Under the pieces are notes generated by a model. That model was not told the DNA's origin, did no database searches, and saw nothing but the letters and a program-made list of their open reading frames with translations. Positions 45,778 through 56,199 of a stretch of DNA of 64,000 nucleotides are shown one piece after another; within the stretch, counting starts at the first letter, position 1, and each line of letters begins with the position of its first letter. The stretch covers positions 9,111 through 73,110 of the forward strand of contig CAYMMK010000001.1 of assembly GCA_964391575.1 (NCBI GenBank), read 5' to 3'. This DNA comes from an uncultured Limnohabitans sp. (GTDB lineage: Bacteria > Pseudomonadota > Gammaproteobacteria > Burkholderiales > Burkholderiaceae_C). Made by a program: the position numbers and the translations under genes.

Positions 45778-47190
45778 ATGGCTGCTGTTTTCCCTGTGCC
45801 CAACCTCTCTCCAATCGAATTTGACGATGGACAAGTCGCCAGGTTGCGCGTTCCTCCGCACTCGCTCGAGGCCGAATCCAGCGTACTGGGAGGGTTGCTT
45901 CTGGACAATGGTGCCTGGGACAGGGTTGGTGACTTGTTGGTTGATGGAGATTTTTATCGCCATGAGCACCGTCTAGTTTTCAGCGCAATCGGCGCTTTGG
46001 TCAATGCATTCCGTCCCGCCGATGTGATCACGGTTCACGAGCACCTCCAGTCGCTTGGGAAAGCCGATGAGGTCGGTGGATTGGGGTACCTCAACTCATT
46101 AGCCCAATTTGTTCCTAGTGCCAGCAATATCCGTCGCTATGCAGAAATTGTCCGCGAACGTTCCATATTGCGAAAATTAGTCGCTGCTAGCGATGAAATT
46201 GCTACGAACGCATTCAACCCTCAGGGCAAACCCGTCGACAGGATTCTGGACGAGGCTGAACAGAAGATTTTCAATATCGGCGAAGAAGGCTCCCGCATGA
46301 AGCAGGGATTCCAGTCGATGGACTCGTTGGCGGTAGCACTCATGGACAGAGTCCAGGAGATGGCTGACAACCCCAACGACATCACCGGTGTACCCACCGG
46401 ATTTCATGATCTGGACAAAATGACTTCGGGCTTGCAGCCCGGCGACCTGGTGGTCCTGGCAGCAAGACCGTCAATGGGTAAGACGGCGTTTGCCATCAAT
46501 ATTGCCGAACATGTTGCGCTCAACGAGGATCTGCCAGTCGCTGTCTTCTCTATGGAAATGGGGGCCTCCCAACTGGCTGTGCGTATCGTGGGCTCCATTG
46601 GGCGCATCGACCAGGGGCACTTGCGCACAGGCAAGCTTTCGGATGAGGAATGGCCGAGATTGACAGAGGCTATCGAAAAGTTGCGCAATGTTTCTTTGCA
46701 CATCGACGAGACGCCCGGTCTCACAACCAGCGAATTACGGGCCAATGCCCGCCGCCTGTCCCGACAGTGCGGCAAATTGGGCCTGATTGTGGTGGACTAC
46801 CTTCAGCTCATGAGCGGATCGTCAGGTTCTGAAGGGGACAACCGCGCGACCGAGCTGGGAGAAATATCCCGGGGACTCAAGATGCTGGCCAAGGAACTTC
46901 AGTGCCCGGTCATTGCCTTGTCACAGCTCAATCGTGGCGTCGAACAACGCACGGACAAGCGACCCATGATGAGCGATTTGCGAGAGTCAGGTGCCATTGA
47001 GCAGGATGCCGACATCATCATGTTCATCTACAGGGATGATTACTACAACAAGGATTCGAAGGATCCCGGTGTTGCCGAAATCATCATCGGCAAACAACGC
47101 AATGGCCCGACGGGCACAGTGAGACTGGCATTCCTCAAACCTCTGACACGTTTTGAAAGCCTTGCGGCAGGCTTCAACGACGACTATTGA
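45778..47190 (+). CDS. dnaB: Replicative DNA helicase DnaB
   Basis: PPHSLEAESSVLGGLLLDN N-terminal domain, Walker A ARPSMGKTAFAIN, LSQLNRGVEQR motif. ATG at 45778 is preferred over the upstream TTG at 45766. Confidence 0.95.
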   Translation: MAAVFPVPNLSPIEFDDGQVARLRVPPHSLEAESSVLGGLLLDNGAWDRVGDLLVDGDFYRHEHRLVFSAIGALVNAFRPADVITVHEHLQSLGKADEVGGLGYLNSLAQFVPSASNIRRYAEIVRERSILRKLVAASDEIATNAFNPQGKPVDRILDEAEQKIFNIGEEGSRMKQGFQSMDSLAVALMDRVQEMADNPNDITGVPTGFHDLDKMTSGLQPGDLVVLAARPSMGKTAFAINIAEHVALNEDLPVAVFSMEMGASQLAVRIVGSIGRIDQGHLRTGKLSDEEWPRLTEAIEKLRNVSLHIDETPGLTTSELRANARRLSRQCGKLGLIVVDYLQLMSGSSGSEGDNRATELGEISRGLKMLAKELQCPVIALSQLNRGVEQRTDKRPMMSDLRESGAIEQDADIIMFIYRDDYYNKDSKDPGVAEIIIGKQRNGPTGTVRLAFLKPLTRFESLAAGFNDDY

Positions 47191-47222
47191 GCCATGGGCT
47201 CAGATGGAGCTTGATCCTGCCT

Positions 47223-48860
47223 TCAAAGCACCTCGCTGGCAAAGTCTGCCAATCGGGAGCGCTCCCCGCGCGCCAGGGTGATATGCCCGCCATGCACCCA
47301 TCCCTTGAAGCGGTCGACTGCATAAGTCAATCCTGAGGACCCCTCGGTCAGATAAGGCGTATCGATCTGGGCCAAATTACCCATGCACACAATTTTGGTC
47401 CCCGGGCCTGCGCGTGTGATAAGGGTTTTCATCTGTTTGGGCGTCAGGTTCTGAGCTTCGTCAATGATGACGAACTTGTTGAGGAAGGTGCGTCCCCGCA
47501 TAAAGTTCATACTCTTGATCTTGATGCGACTTTTGATCAATTCATTGGTAGCAGCCCGGCCCCATTCGCCAGCACCGCCAGCATCGCCCTTGGCCAGGAA
47601 CTCAAGGTTGTCGTCCAGTGCACCCATCCAGGGACCCATTTTTTCTTCTTCGGTCCCCGGCAGGAATCCGATGTCATCGCCAACGCTCACAGTTGCACGG
47701 GTCATGATGATTTCGGTATAGCGTCGATCATCGAGCACCTGCGTCAGGCCCGCGGCAAGAGCCATCAGCGTCTTTCCCGTTCCTGCTGTGCCTGTAAGTG
47801 TGACAAAGTCCACTTCAGGATCAGTCAGCAGGTTCATGGCGAAATTCTGTTCCCGGTTTCTTGCCGTGACGCCCCAAATCGCATTTTTTTGATGGGTATG
47901 GTCCTTGAGTGTTCGCAAGACAGCTGTTTTTCCCCTGATCTCGGTGACCCTGGCGTAAAGCGGGGGTTCACCCGGGATCTCGGAGAAAACAAACTGATTG
48001 ATCAGCAGCTGTGGAACGAGCGGGCCGGCAATTCGATAAAAGGTGTGGCTGCCCTGTTGCCAGCTTTCAATGCTTTTGCCGTGCCGAATCCAGAAATCGC
48101 TAGGCAAGGCCAAAGCGCCTGAATAAAGCATGTCTCCATCTTCCAGCGCCTTGTCATTTTGATAATCTTCCGCTTGCAGCCCCAGGGCACGGGCTTTGAC
48201 CCGCATGTTGATATCCTTGGAGACGAGTACAACATCACGGTCAGCTTGATTTTCGAGCAAGGCCCTGACCACTCCCAGGATCTGGTTATCGGCTTTGCCA
48301 GGGGGCAACGACAGGGGTTGGCTCAGGACCAGAGGTGCAGTCTGAAAATACAGTTTGCCCGTGGCTTCCTGGTGGCCGAGTGCGTCAAGTGCCAGTCCAT
48401 CGGAAATGTCGGGATTGCCATGTGCTGCCAACGCGTCCAGAGATCGGCTGGCTTGTCGAGCGTTACGAGCTACCTCGGTGGTGCCCTTTTTATGGTTGTC
48501 CAGTTCCTCCAGGACGATCATCGGCAGGAAGACGTCGTGCTCTTCGAACCGGAAAAGGCTCATGGGATCGTGCATCAATACGTTGGTGTCCAACACGAAA
48601 AGCTTTGCGGGACCCTTTGGAGAGCGGCGCTTTTTGGATGCAGAATCAAAAGCAGCGGATTTGCTCCCCTTGCTCTTCGAACCTGGTGTTTTGGTCGTTT
48701 GGGTCCGGACCTTTTGGTCAAGGACTGCCAAAGGCATATCATCAACATGACCGATTGTGAGACTGACCGATTGTTCGGCAGTTGAGTTGAGCCTGGGGAC
48801 AGTGGGAGATTTGCTCGACAAAAGAGTTGCGCGCTGAGTTGGCGCTGGAGGCAGTGGCAT
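47223..48860 (-). CDS. PhoH2-type protein: N-terminal PIN domain fused to a PhoH-like P-loop ATPase
   Basis: PIN region LFVLDTNVLMHDP...LEELD, PhoH region LTGTAGTGKTLMALAAG...IIDEAQNLTP. It is preceded by a Ser/Lys-rich low-complexity N-terminus of about 85 aa. The start is uncertain (48860, or the internal Met at 48737). Confidence 0.88.
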   Translation of the reverse strand: MPLPPAPTQRATLLSSKSPTVPRLNSTAEQSVSLTIGHVDDMPLAVLDQKVRTQTTKTPGSKSKGSKSAAFDSASKKRRSPKGPAKLFVLDTNVLMHDPMSLFRFEEHDVFLPMIVLEELDNHKKGTTEVARNARQASRSLDALAAHGNPDISDGLALDALGHQEATGKLYFQTAPLVLSQPLSLPPGKADNQILGVVRALLENQADRDVVLVSKDINMRVKARALGLQAEDYQNDKALEDGDMLYSGALALPSDFWIRHGKSIESWQQGSHTFYRIAGPLVPQLLINQFVFSEIPGEPPLYARVTEIRGKTAVLRTLKDHTHQKNAIWGVTARNREQNFAMNLLTDPEVDFVTLTGTAGTGKTLMALAAGLTQVLDDRRYTEIIMTRATVSVGDDIGFLPGTEEEKMGPWMGALDDNLEFLAKGDAGGAGEWGRAATNELIKSRIKIKSMNFMRGRTFLNKFVIIDEAQNLTPKQMKTLITRAGPGTKIVCMGNLAQIDTPYLTEGSSGLTYAVDRFKGWVHGGHITLARGERSRLADFASEVL

Positions 48861-48901
48861 GAATCAAGCCTATTTGAAATTGAGCGGGGATCTTTGCAAA
48901 T

Positions 48902-48929
48902 AAAAAGCCGCCACTGGATACGGGCGGCT
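48902..48929 (-). terminator. Rho-independent terminator downstream of bcp
   Basis: Minus strand reads AGCCGCC-loop-GGCGGCT followed by TTTTATTT. Confidence 0.7.
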
Positions 48930-48993
48930 GCAGTTCAGGGTCGTGCTGGACAAGAGGTGAATGACCGTGGGGTATTGAGGAGCAGAGGTGCGC

Positions 48994-49470
48994 TCAGCCC
49001 GCTTTTTTGAGCAATTTGACGGCCTTGAGAACTTCTTCTACGTGTCCAGGGACCTTCAGGCCTCGCCATTCCTGCTTCAATACACCGTCAGGGCCGATCA
49101 GAAAGGTGCTCCTTTCAATGCCTTTGACTTTTTTGCCATACATGATCTTGTTTTTGACGACGCCGAACATGTGGCACATTTTTTCTTCAGTGTCCGCAAT
49201 CAGCTCGAAGGGCAGCTCCAGTTTGGTTTTGAAATCATCATGAGACTTCATGTTGTCTCTTGAGACGCCAAAGAGTGTGGCCCCAGCCTTGACAAAGTCC
49301 TTGTATTTGTCGCGGAACTGCATGGCCTCCGTGGTGCAACCGGGCGTGTTGTCCTTGGGATAAAAGTACAGCACAAGATAGCGACCCAAATGCGAAGTGT
49401 GGGTGACTTTCAGTCCACCAGTGGCGTTTGCCTCAAATTCTGGGATGGGTTTATTGACAACAATCGCCAT
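48994..49470 (-). CDS. bcp: Thioredoxin-dependent thiol peroxidase (Bcp / PrxQ peroxiredoxin)
   Basis: Start at the Met at 49470 (MAIVVNKPIPEF). Active site YFYPKDNTPGCTTEA. Confidence 0.93.
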   Translation of the reverse strand: MAIVVNKPIPEFEANATGGLKVTHTSHLGRYLVLYFYPKDNTPGCTTEAMQFRDKYKDFVKAGATLFGVSRDNMKSHDDFKTKLELPFELIADTEEKMCHMFGVVKNKIMYGKKVKGIERSTFLIGPDGVLKQEWRGLKVPGHVEEVLKAVKLLKKAG

Positions 49471-49628
49471 GGTCTTTTTCTCGCGGGTCGGTAGATCGGG
49501 CAGATTGCACGTTAAGGCTGAGCGACGATGACATGCAAACACCCTGAATCGCTATTTTAACCGATCCTGCGCTCGGCCTTTGTTGAGGCCCTGGTTTTTG
49601 AGACCGTTATCGGGTCCTTGAATGCGCG

Positions 49629-50015
49629 TCAGCCCACATGGCCTTCAAGGAGGAGCAGCGCTGCCACCTTGCGGCCTTCACTGGCCAGGATGTTGTAAGT
49701 TCTGCAAGCCGCAGGGGTGTCCATGCACTCAAACCCAATGCGGCGTTCGGCAAGGTGGGCCGTCCAAGCAGCCGGGACAAACCGCAAACGGATTCCGCTC
49801 CCGAAAAGAACAAGCTCAGAGTCTCCGAGAGAATCAATCAGAAAATCAGCCGGACTTAAAGAGGAAAAGCTCTCGGGTGCCCACTCCATCGTAGAAGGGT
49901 TCCGGTGGCTGAGCAAAACAAGCGAGCGCGAGTGGCGCAGGGCGTCGACCTGGATCCACTGTGCATTGCAGGCCCGGATCATCGGCGCATTGGATTTGTC
50001 TGGCTGAAGTTTCAT
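49629..50015 (-). CDS. Mth938-like (DUF498) domain protein
   Basis: Start at the Met at 50015 (MKLQPDKSNAPMI...). Length of about 128 aa and overall pattern match the DUF498/NDUFAF3-like family as I recall it. No catalytic motifs to check. Confidence 0.65.
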   Translation of the reverse strand: MKLQPDKSNAPMIRACNAQWIQVDALRHSRSLVLLSHRNPSTMEWAPESFSSLSPADFLIDSLGDSELVLFGSGIRLRFVPAAWTAHLAERRIGFECMDTPAACRTYNILASEGRKVAALLLLEGHVG

Positions 50016-50098
50016 GTCGGGGTGAGAATTTGCAGTTTCCAGCACCGATTGGACCACGTGGAATTGTGGTCAAATTATAGGTTTTCGCTCACACACTG

Positions 50099-51355
50099 AT
50101 GATCGGAGGCCTTTTGAAAACTGTCCAGAAATCAGCCAAGCTGGCCAATGTCTGCTACGACATTCGCGGTCCCATCATGGATCGTGCACGTCAGATGGAG
50201 GAGGAGGGCCAGAAGATCATTCGGCTCAATATCGGAAATCTTGCGGTTTTCGGATTTGATGCCCCTGAAGAAATCCAGCAGGACATGATTCGCAACCTTC
50301 CCAACTCAGCGGGTTATTCGGACAGCAAAGGGATTTTTGCTGCGCGCAAGGCCGTGATGCATGAAACTCAAAAGCAGGGCATCAAGGGGGTATCTCTGGA
50401 TGATATCTATCTTGGCAATGGAGCCAGTGAACTGATTGTGATGGCCACCAACGCTTTGCTCGATAACGGCGATGAGTTGTTGTTGCCGGCACCGGATTAC
50501 CCTCTCTGGACTGCGGCTGCCAGCCTTTCCGGTGGAACTCCTGTTCATTACATGTGCAAGGAGTCCGATGGCTGGTTGCCGGACCTCTCCGACATTCGCT
50601 CTCGAATCACAACACGCACCAAAGGCATTGTGGTGATCAACCCGAACAACCCGACTGGAGCCCTTTACTCGAAAGAACTCCTGATGGGCATCGTCGAGAT
50701 TGCCCGTGAACACGGACTGGTCATTTTTGCTGATGAGGTCTATGACAAGGTGCTGTATGACGGTGTCTCGCACACGCCGATTGGCAGCTTGTCCGAGGAT
50801 GTACTCACCCTGACCTTCAATTCGCTGTCCAAAAGTTACCGCTCATGCGGCTACAGAGCCGGTTGGCTGGTTGTCTCGGGTGACAAAAAGCCCGCGCTAG
50901 ACTACATCGAGGGTCTCAACATGCTCTCGAACATGCGCCTGTGCGCAAATGTCCCTGGACAGTGGGCCGTACAGACCGCTTTGGGTGGTTATCAAAGCAT
51001 CAACGAGTTGGTCGCAGAGGGTGGAAGATTGAGGAAGCAGAGAGATCTTGCTTTCCAATTGATCACCTCCATACCTGGTGTGACTTGCGTCAAGCCTCAA
51101 GCCGCTCTGTACATGTTTCCACGACTGGATCCGGTAATTTATCCGATCAAAGATGATCAAAAATTCTTCCTCGAATTGCTGGAAGAGACCCGCGTCATGC
51201 TGGTGCAGGGAACCGGCTTCAACTGGCCGGCGCCGGACCACTTCCGGATTGTTTTTCTCCCGCATGAGGATGACTTGCGGGAGGCCATTCAAAGGCTGGC
51301 CCGTTTCCTTGAGGGTGCCCGAAAGCGCTTTGGTACAGAAAAGACGATAGCCTGA
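50099..51355 (+). CDS. alaA: Glutamate-pyruvate (alanine) aminotransferase AlaA-like, PLP-dependent
   Basis: Collinear by eye with E. coli AlaA (KLANVCYDIRGPIMDRARQMEEEGQKIIRLNIGN, NPNNPTGALYSKELL, LSKSYRSCGYRAGW, MRLCANVPGQ). Confidence 0.88.
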   Translation: MIGGLLKTVQKSAKLANVCYDIRGPIMDRARQMEEEGQKIIRLNIGNLAVFGFDAPEEIQQDMIRNLPNSAGYSDSKGIFAARKAVMHETQKQGIKGVSLDDIYLGNGASELIVMATNALLDNGDELLLPAPDYPLWTAAASLSGGTPVHYMCKESDGWLPDLSDIRSRITTRTKGIVVINPNNPTGALYSKELLMGIVEIAREHGLVIFADEVYDKVLYDGVSHTPIGSLSEDVLTLTFNSLSKSYRSCGYRAGWLVVSGDKKPALDYIEGLNMLSNMRLCANVPGQWAVQTALGGYQSINELVAEGGRLRKQRDLAFQLITSIPGVTCVKPQAALYMFPRLDPVIYPIKDDQKFFLELLEETRVMLVQGTGFNWPAPDHFRIVFLPHEDDLREAIQRLARFLEGARKRFGTEKTIA

Positions 51356-51401
51356 GATTTTTCAGGTTGTCATTCAGCCCTACAAAGCACAGCAGCAAAA
51401 C

Positions 51402-52718
51402 ATGAAACCCATTCAAGTAGGACTTTTAGGCATTGGTACCGTGGGCAGCGGTACATTCACGGTTCTTCGGCGCAATGCCCAGGAAATCCAGCGCCGTGCG
51501 GGCAGAGATATCGAGATCACCATGGTCGCCGATCTTGATGAGACCAGGGCACGCGCACTGGTTGGCGATGGAGTCGAGGTGGTCACCGATGCGCGTCAAG
51601 TCATCGCCAACCCGAATATCGATATCGTTGTTGAATTGATCGGCGGTTATGGCGTGGCCAAGGCCCTGGTACTCGAGGCCATTGCAGCGGGCAAGCATGT
51701 GGTGACTGCCAACAAGGCACTGTTGGCCGTACATGGGACAGAAATCTTCGCGGCTGCGCAGGCGCGTGGGGTCATGGTGGCCTTCGAGGCTGCTGTGGCA
51801 GGCGGCATTCCCATCATCAAGGCCCTGCGCGAAGGTCTGACCGCCAACCAGATCCAGTGGGTCGCCGGCATCATCAATGGCACCACCAACTTCATACTTT
51901 CGGAAATGCGTGACAAGGGTCATGATTTCGATGTGGTCCTCCAGGAAGCGCAACGCTTGGGGTATGCCGAAGCTGACCCTACCTTTGATATTCAAGGCGT
52001 GGATGCTGCGCACAAGGTCACGCTGATGAGCTCATTGGCGTATGGCATCCCTGTCCAGTTCGACAAGGCTTACGTCGAGGGGATCACCAAACTGGGATCA
52101 GCCGATATCAAATACGCTGAACAGCTGGGCTACCGCATCAAGCTGCTCGGCATCACCAAGCGCACTGAAAAAGGTATCGAGTTGCGCGTGCACCCCAGCC
52201 TTGTTCCCGGCAAGCGCCTGATTGCCAATGTGGAAGGTGCCATGAATGCCGTGATGGTTCAGGGTGACGCGGTAGGGACGACCTTGTACTACGGCAAGGG
52301 TGCTGGGGCAGAGCCCACCGCAAGCGCAGTGGTTGCCGATTTGGTGGACATCACACGTTTGCATACCGCAGACCCTCAAAACCGCGTCCCTCACCTGGCC
52401 TTTCAACCCGGTGCCTTGAGCAATCTGCCTGTTCTGCCCATGGATGAGGTCGTGACCAGCTATTACTTGCGTTTGCGTGTGAGCGATGAGGCCGGTGTGC
52501 TGGCCCGATTGACAGGATTGCTGGCCGAAGCCGGCATCAGCATTGATGCCATTCTTCAGCGCGAGGCCGACCAGGTCAGCGGCGCCAACCAGACCGATGT
52601 GATCATTCTGACCCATGACACCCGTGAGGGCATCATGAATGATGTTCTTTCGCAAATGCAGTCATTACCTACCGTGTTGGCCCCGATTGTTCGGATTCGC
52701 AAGGAAGAGCTGGCCTGA
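51402..52718 (+). CDS. hom: Homoserine dehydrogenase (with C-terminal ACT domain)
   Basis: VGLLGIGTVGSG NAD-binding site, GIINGTTNFILSEM and EADPTFDIQGVDAAHK motifs. Confidence 0.95.
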   Translation: MKPIQVGLLGIGTVGSGTFTVLRRNAQEIQRRAGRDIEITMVADLDETRARALVGDGVEVVTDARQVIANPNIDIVVELIGGYGVAKALVLEAIAAGKHVVTANKALLAVHGTEIFAAAQARGVMVAFEAAVAGGIPIIKALREGLTANQIQWVAGIINGTTNFILSEMRDKGHDFDVVLQEAQRLGYAEADPTFDIQGVDAAHKVTLMSSLAYGIPVQFDKAYVEGITKLGSADIKYAEQLGYRIKLLGITKRTEKGIELRVHPSLVPGKRLIANVEGAMNAVMVQGDAVGTTLYYGKGAGAEPTASAVVADLVDITRLHTADPQNRVPHLAFQPGALSNLPVLPMDEVVTSYYLRLRVSDEAGVLARLTGLLAEAGISIDAILQREADQVSGANQTDVIILTHDTREGIMNDVLSQMQSLPTVLAPIVRIRKEELA

Positions 52719-54163
52719 TGCTTTACCTTTCGACCCGCGGCCATCCGGACCGCAAACAATTTTGTGAAATCCTCCTCGAAGGGCTGGCTCCTGATGGAGG
52801 TCTTTACCTGCCTGAGCGATACCCCAGGCTGGACGATGAGGGCCTGACTCGTCTGCGTGGAATCTGGCAGCAACAAGGCTATGCATCGCTGGCCTTCGAA
52901 ATCCTGTCACTTTATGTCGATGACATCCCTTCGGCTGACCTCAAGTCGCTGTGTGATAAAACATACACATCGTCAGTGTTCGGTACCGAGAGCATTGTTC
53001 CGCTCAAACCTCTCCAGTCTCCACGCGACAAACAGCCAGAGCTCTATCTGCAAGCTCTCTCGAATGGTCCCACCCTGGCCTTCAAGGATATGGCCATGCA
53101 ATTGCTGGGCAATCTCTTTGAATATGAACTTGGGCGGCGAGGCGAGGAACTGAACATTCTTGGTGCTACTTCGGGTGACACCGGCAGTGCGGCCGAATAT
53201 GCCATGCGCGGAAAGCGGGGTGTCAGGGTTTTCATGACCAGTCCGCATGGCCGAATGAGTGCCTTTCAGCAGGCGCAGATGTTCAGCTTGCTGGACTCAA
53301 ACATTCACAATATTGCCATTGAAGGGGTTTTTGACGATTGTCAGGACATTGTCAAGGCGGTGTCCAGCGACCTTGAATTCAAGCGCCGATACAAAATCGG
53401 CACTGTCAACTCGATCAACTGGGCGCGTCTGCTTGCACAGGTGGTTTATTACTTTGCCGGTTATTTCCAGGCCACTGAGGTGAATTCACAATCAGTGAGT
53501 TTCACCGTTCCCAGCGGCAATTTCGGCAATGTTTGTGCAGGGCATGTCGCCCGAATGATGGGTCTTCCCATTGATCAGCTGGTTGTCGCCACCAATGAAA
53601 ACGACGTGCTGGACGAGTTCTTTCGTACGGGCATTTACCGAGTCAGGGGAACAGCCGATACACACGAGACCTCCAGTCCTTCCATGGACATCTCCAAGGC
53701 CAGCAATTTCGAGAGATTTATATTTGATTTGCTCGGGCGTGATGCCGCACAGACCAAAGCATTGTTTGGTCATGCATTGAGTGCCCAAGGGTACTTTGAT
53801 CTCTCAGGCGATCCACGATTTTCGGCCGCCCATACCCGGTTTGGATTTGTCAGCGGTAAAAGCACCCACACGAACCGTTTGGCAACCCTGCGCCAAGTTT
53901 ACGAGCGGTATGGCTTCATGATTGATACGCATACCGCTGATGGGGTGAAGGTGGCGCGTGAGCACCTGAGGTCCGGAACGCCCATGCTGGTGCTTGAAAC
54001 TGCATTGCCCATCAAGTTTGCCGCTACCCTCGTCGAGGCCCTGGGACGTCAGCCCGTTCGCCCACCGCAGTTTGAAGGAATCGAGGCCTTGCCCAAGCGT
54101 GTGCAGGTCATGCCTGCTGATGTGCAGCTGATCAAGGCTTATATCGCCCAACATTGCCGCTGA
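52718..54163 (+). CDS. thrC: Threonine synthase
   Basis: MLYLSTRG N-terminus and PLP-lysine region GPTLAFKDMAMQ. 1-nt overlap with the hom stop. Confidence 0.95.
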   Translation: MLYLSTRGHPDRKQFCEILLEGLAPDGGLYLPERYPRLDDEGLTRLRGIWQQQGYASLAFEILSLYVDDIPSADLKSLCDKTYTSSVFGTESIVPLKPLQSPRDKQPELYLQALSNGPTLAFKDMAMQLLGNLFEYELGRRGEELNILGATSGDTGSAAEYAMRGKRGVRVFMTSPHGRMSAFQQAQMFSLLDSNIHNIAIEGVFDDCQDIVKAVSSDLEFKRRYKIGTVNSINWARLLAQVVYYFAGYFQATEVNSQSVSFTVPSGNFGNVCAGHVARMMGLPIDQLVVATNENDVLDEFFRTGIYRVRGTADTHETSSPSMDISKASNFERFIFDLLGRDAAQTKALFGHALSAQGYFDLSGDPRFSAAHTRFGFVSGKSTHTNRLATLRQVYERYGFMIDTHTADGVKVAREHLRSGTPMLVLETALPIKFAATLVEALGRQPVRPPQFEGIEALPKRVQVMPADVQLIKAYIAQHCR

Positions 54164-54174
54164 AGATCTGAGCC

Positions 54175-55431
54175 ATGCCACTTCCACGCGCCCCGTTGAT
54201 GTCCCTCGATGAAGCGCTGGGCAGGTTGCTGGCGCATATCCAGCCCCTGAGCGGCACTGAGTCGGTGGCCACTTATGAGGCCGACCGTCGCGTGCTTGCC
54301 GACAATCTGGTTTCTGCCTTGCAGGTGCCGGCTTTCGACAATTCTTCCATGGACGGGTATGCCGTGCGAAGCGCTGATTGGGTCCAGTCCTCATCAGTTT
54401 TGCGCGTGACACAGCGCATTCCGGCAGGACACATGGGCCAGGCCTTAAGCAGTGGCGAGGCGGCTCGTATTTTCACGGGTGCGCCCATTCCACCAGGGGC
54501 CGATGCGGTGGTCATGCAGGAAGATGCTGAAGTTCTGGATACCGGCGGGGTAACACAGATCCGGGTGCGCGGCGTCCCTTCGCCGGGCCAGTGGATCCGG
54601 CGCAGTGGCGAAGATGTCCAAAGAGGTGCCACGGTTCTGGCTGCCGGAACCCGTCTGGGTCCCGCCGAATTGGGCCTTGCTGCCAGTCTGGGTCTGGCCA
54701 GACTGACTGTTGCTGCTCGACCCCGGGTGGCACTCTTTTCTACCGGTGATGAACTGGTCATGCCAGGCGATGTGGAACCGGCGCATATGCCACCGGGTGC
54801 GATTTTCAATTCCAACCGTTTTTTCCTCAAGGCCTTGCTCCATCGCATGGGTTGTGAAGTCAGCGATTTGGGGATTGTGTCCGACCGGCGCGATGCCACG
54901 ATATCTGCCCTCAAACTGGCTGCTGAACATCACGATCTGATACTGACCAGTGGCGGCGTGTCAGTCGGCGAAGAAGACCATGTCAAGCCTGCTGTGCAGG
55001 CATTGGGCCATCTGGACCTTTGGCAAATTTCCATGAAGCCCGGCAAGCCATTTGCCTACGGACAGTTAAGAAGGCTCAATGCGGCAGGGAAAGCGCATTT
55101 TGTCGGCTTGCCGGGCAATCCGGTGTCCAGTTTTGTCACCTTCTTGTTGATGGTGCGGCCCGTGTTGCTCAAATTGCAGGGGGTTGAGCCTCCTGCCTTA
55201 CGGCCCTTGCGATTGCCTGCGCATTTCGATCTGGCCCAAGGCGACAAGCGACGCGAATTCCTTCGCGCCCGGCGAAATCGGTCCGGAGGCATTGAAATTT
55301 TCCCTAACCAGAGCTCAGGCGTTTTGACTTCCATGGTTTGGGGGGAGGGCCTGGTGGACAATCCTCCAGGTCAGTCGATCTCAAGGGGTGATCTTGTGGA
55401 TTTCATCCCTTTTTCCGACTGGCTGGCATGA
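54175..55431 (+). CDS. moeA: Molybdopterin molybdenumtransferase MoeA
   Basis: 418 aa. FDNSSMDGYAVR, LSTGDELV, TSGGVSVGEEDH and LPGNPVSSFVTF motifs. Confidence 0.94.
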   Translation: MPLPRAPLMSLDEALGRLLAHIQPLSGTESVATYEADRRVLADNLVSALQVPAFDNSSMDGYAVRSADWVQSSSVLRVTQRIPAGHMGQALSSGEAARIFTGAPIPPGADAVVMQEDAEVLDTGGVTQIRVRGVPSPGQWIRRSGEDVQRGATVLAAGTRLGPAELGLAASLGLARLTVAARPRVALFSTGDELVMPGDVEPAHMPPGAIFNSNRFFLKALLHRMGCEVSDLGIVSDRRDATISALKLAAEHHDLILTSGGVSVGEEDHVKPAVQALGHLDLWQISMKPGKPFAYGQLRRLNAAGKAHFVGLPGNPVSSFVTFLLMVRPVLLKLQGVEPPALRPLRLPAHFDLAQGDKRREFLRARRNRSGGIEIFPNQSSGVLTSMVWGEGLVDNPPGQSISRGDLVDFIPFSDWLA

Positions 55432-55441
55432 AGGTTGAAGC

Positions 55442-55693
55442 ATGAAAGTTCAAGTTCGGTATTTTGCATCCATTCGTGAGGCACTGGGCGTTGACAGCGA
55501 GGTTCTGGAGACCGAAGCGTTGGATGCCGGTAGCCTCCTGTTGCAACTGCGTGCTCGCAGTAGCGTTCATGCATCGGCTCTGGCACAGGGACGTCCTGTC
55601 CGAATGTCTGTGGATCAGGTCATGGCCCGTGGCGATACACCTTTGAGGGAAGGGGCCGAAGTCGGTTTCTTCCCTCCCGTCACGGGTGGTTGA
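55442..55693 (+). CDS. moaD: Molybdopterin synthase sulfur carrier subunit MoaD
   Basis: 83 aa, ubiquitin-like, ending in FPPVTGG (C-terminal Gly-Gly). Confidence 0.9.
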   Translation: MKVQVRYFASIREALGVDSEVLETEALDAGSLLLQLRARSSVHASALAQGRPVRMSVDQVMARGDTPLREGAEVGFFPPVTGG

Positions 55694-55695
55694 AT

Positions 55696-56181
55696 ATGGC
55701 TCGTGTGCGTATCCAGACCGAAGACTTTGACCTCAGTCAGGAGGTGGCTCGCTTGCGCGAGTGCGATCCGAGGATCGGCGCAGTATGCAGCTTTGTAGGT
55801 ACAGTGCGCGACACTGGCGCCTTGACCGGTTCTGTCGATGACCAGATCCGGTCAATGGAACTTGAGCACTATCCCGGCATGACAGAGAAGGCCATCGAAG
55901 CCATGATCGACGAGGCGCACCACCGCTTTGATTTTTACGACGCCGTGGTCGTACACCGCATCGGCGTTTTGCAGCCGTCCGATCAGATCGTACTGGTGGC
56001 TGTTGTCTCCTCACATCGTGCAGAAAGTTTCCAGGCTTGCCAATTTCTGATGGACTACCTCAAGACCCAGGCGCCCTTCTGGAAAAAGGAATGCACGCCT
56101 GCGGGCGCATCCTGGGTAGATGCTAGGGACAGTGACGATCGCGCCCTGGAGCGATGGGGAATTTCCTCAACCAACCGCTGA
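55696..56181 (+). CDS. moaE: Molybdopterin synthase catalytic subunit MoaE
   Basis: GAVCSFVGTVRD, LEHYPGM and APFWKKE motifs. The ATG at 55696 follows the moaD stop by 2 nt (the TTG at 55690 is an alternative). Confidence 0.92.
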   Translation: MARVRIQTEDFDLSQEVARLRECDPRIGAVCSFVGTVRDTGALTGSVDDQIRSMELEHYPGMTEKAIEAMIDEAHHRFDFYDAVVVHRIGVLQPSDQIVLVAVVSSHRAESFQACQFLMDYLKTQAPFWKKECTPAGASWVDARDSDDRALERWGISSTNR

Positions 56182-56199
56182 GCCCAAAGACATCTGTTG

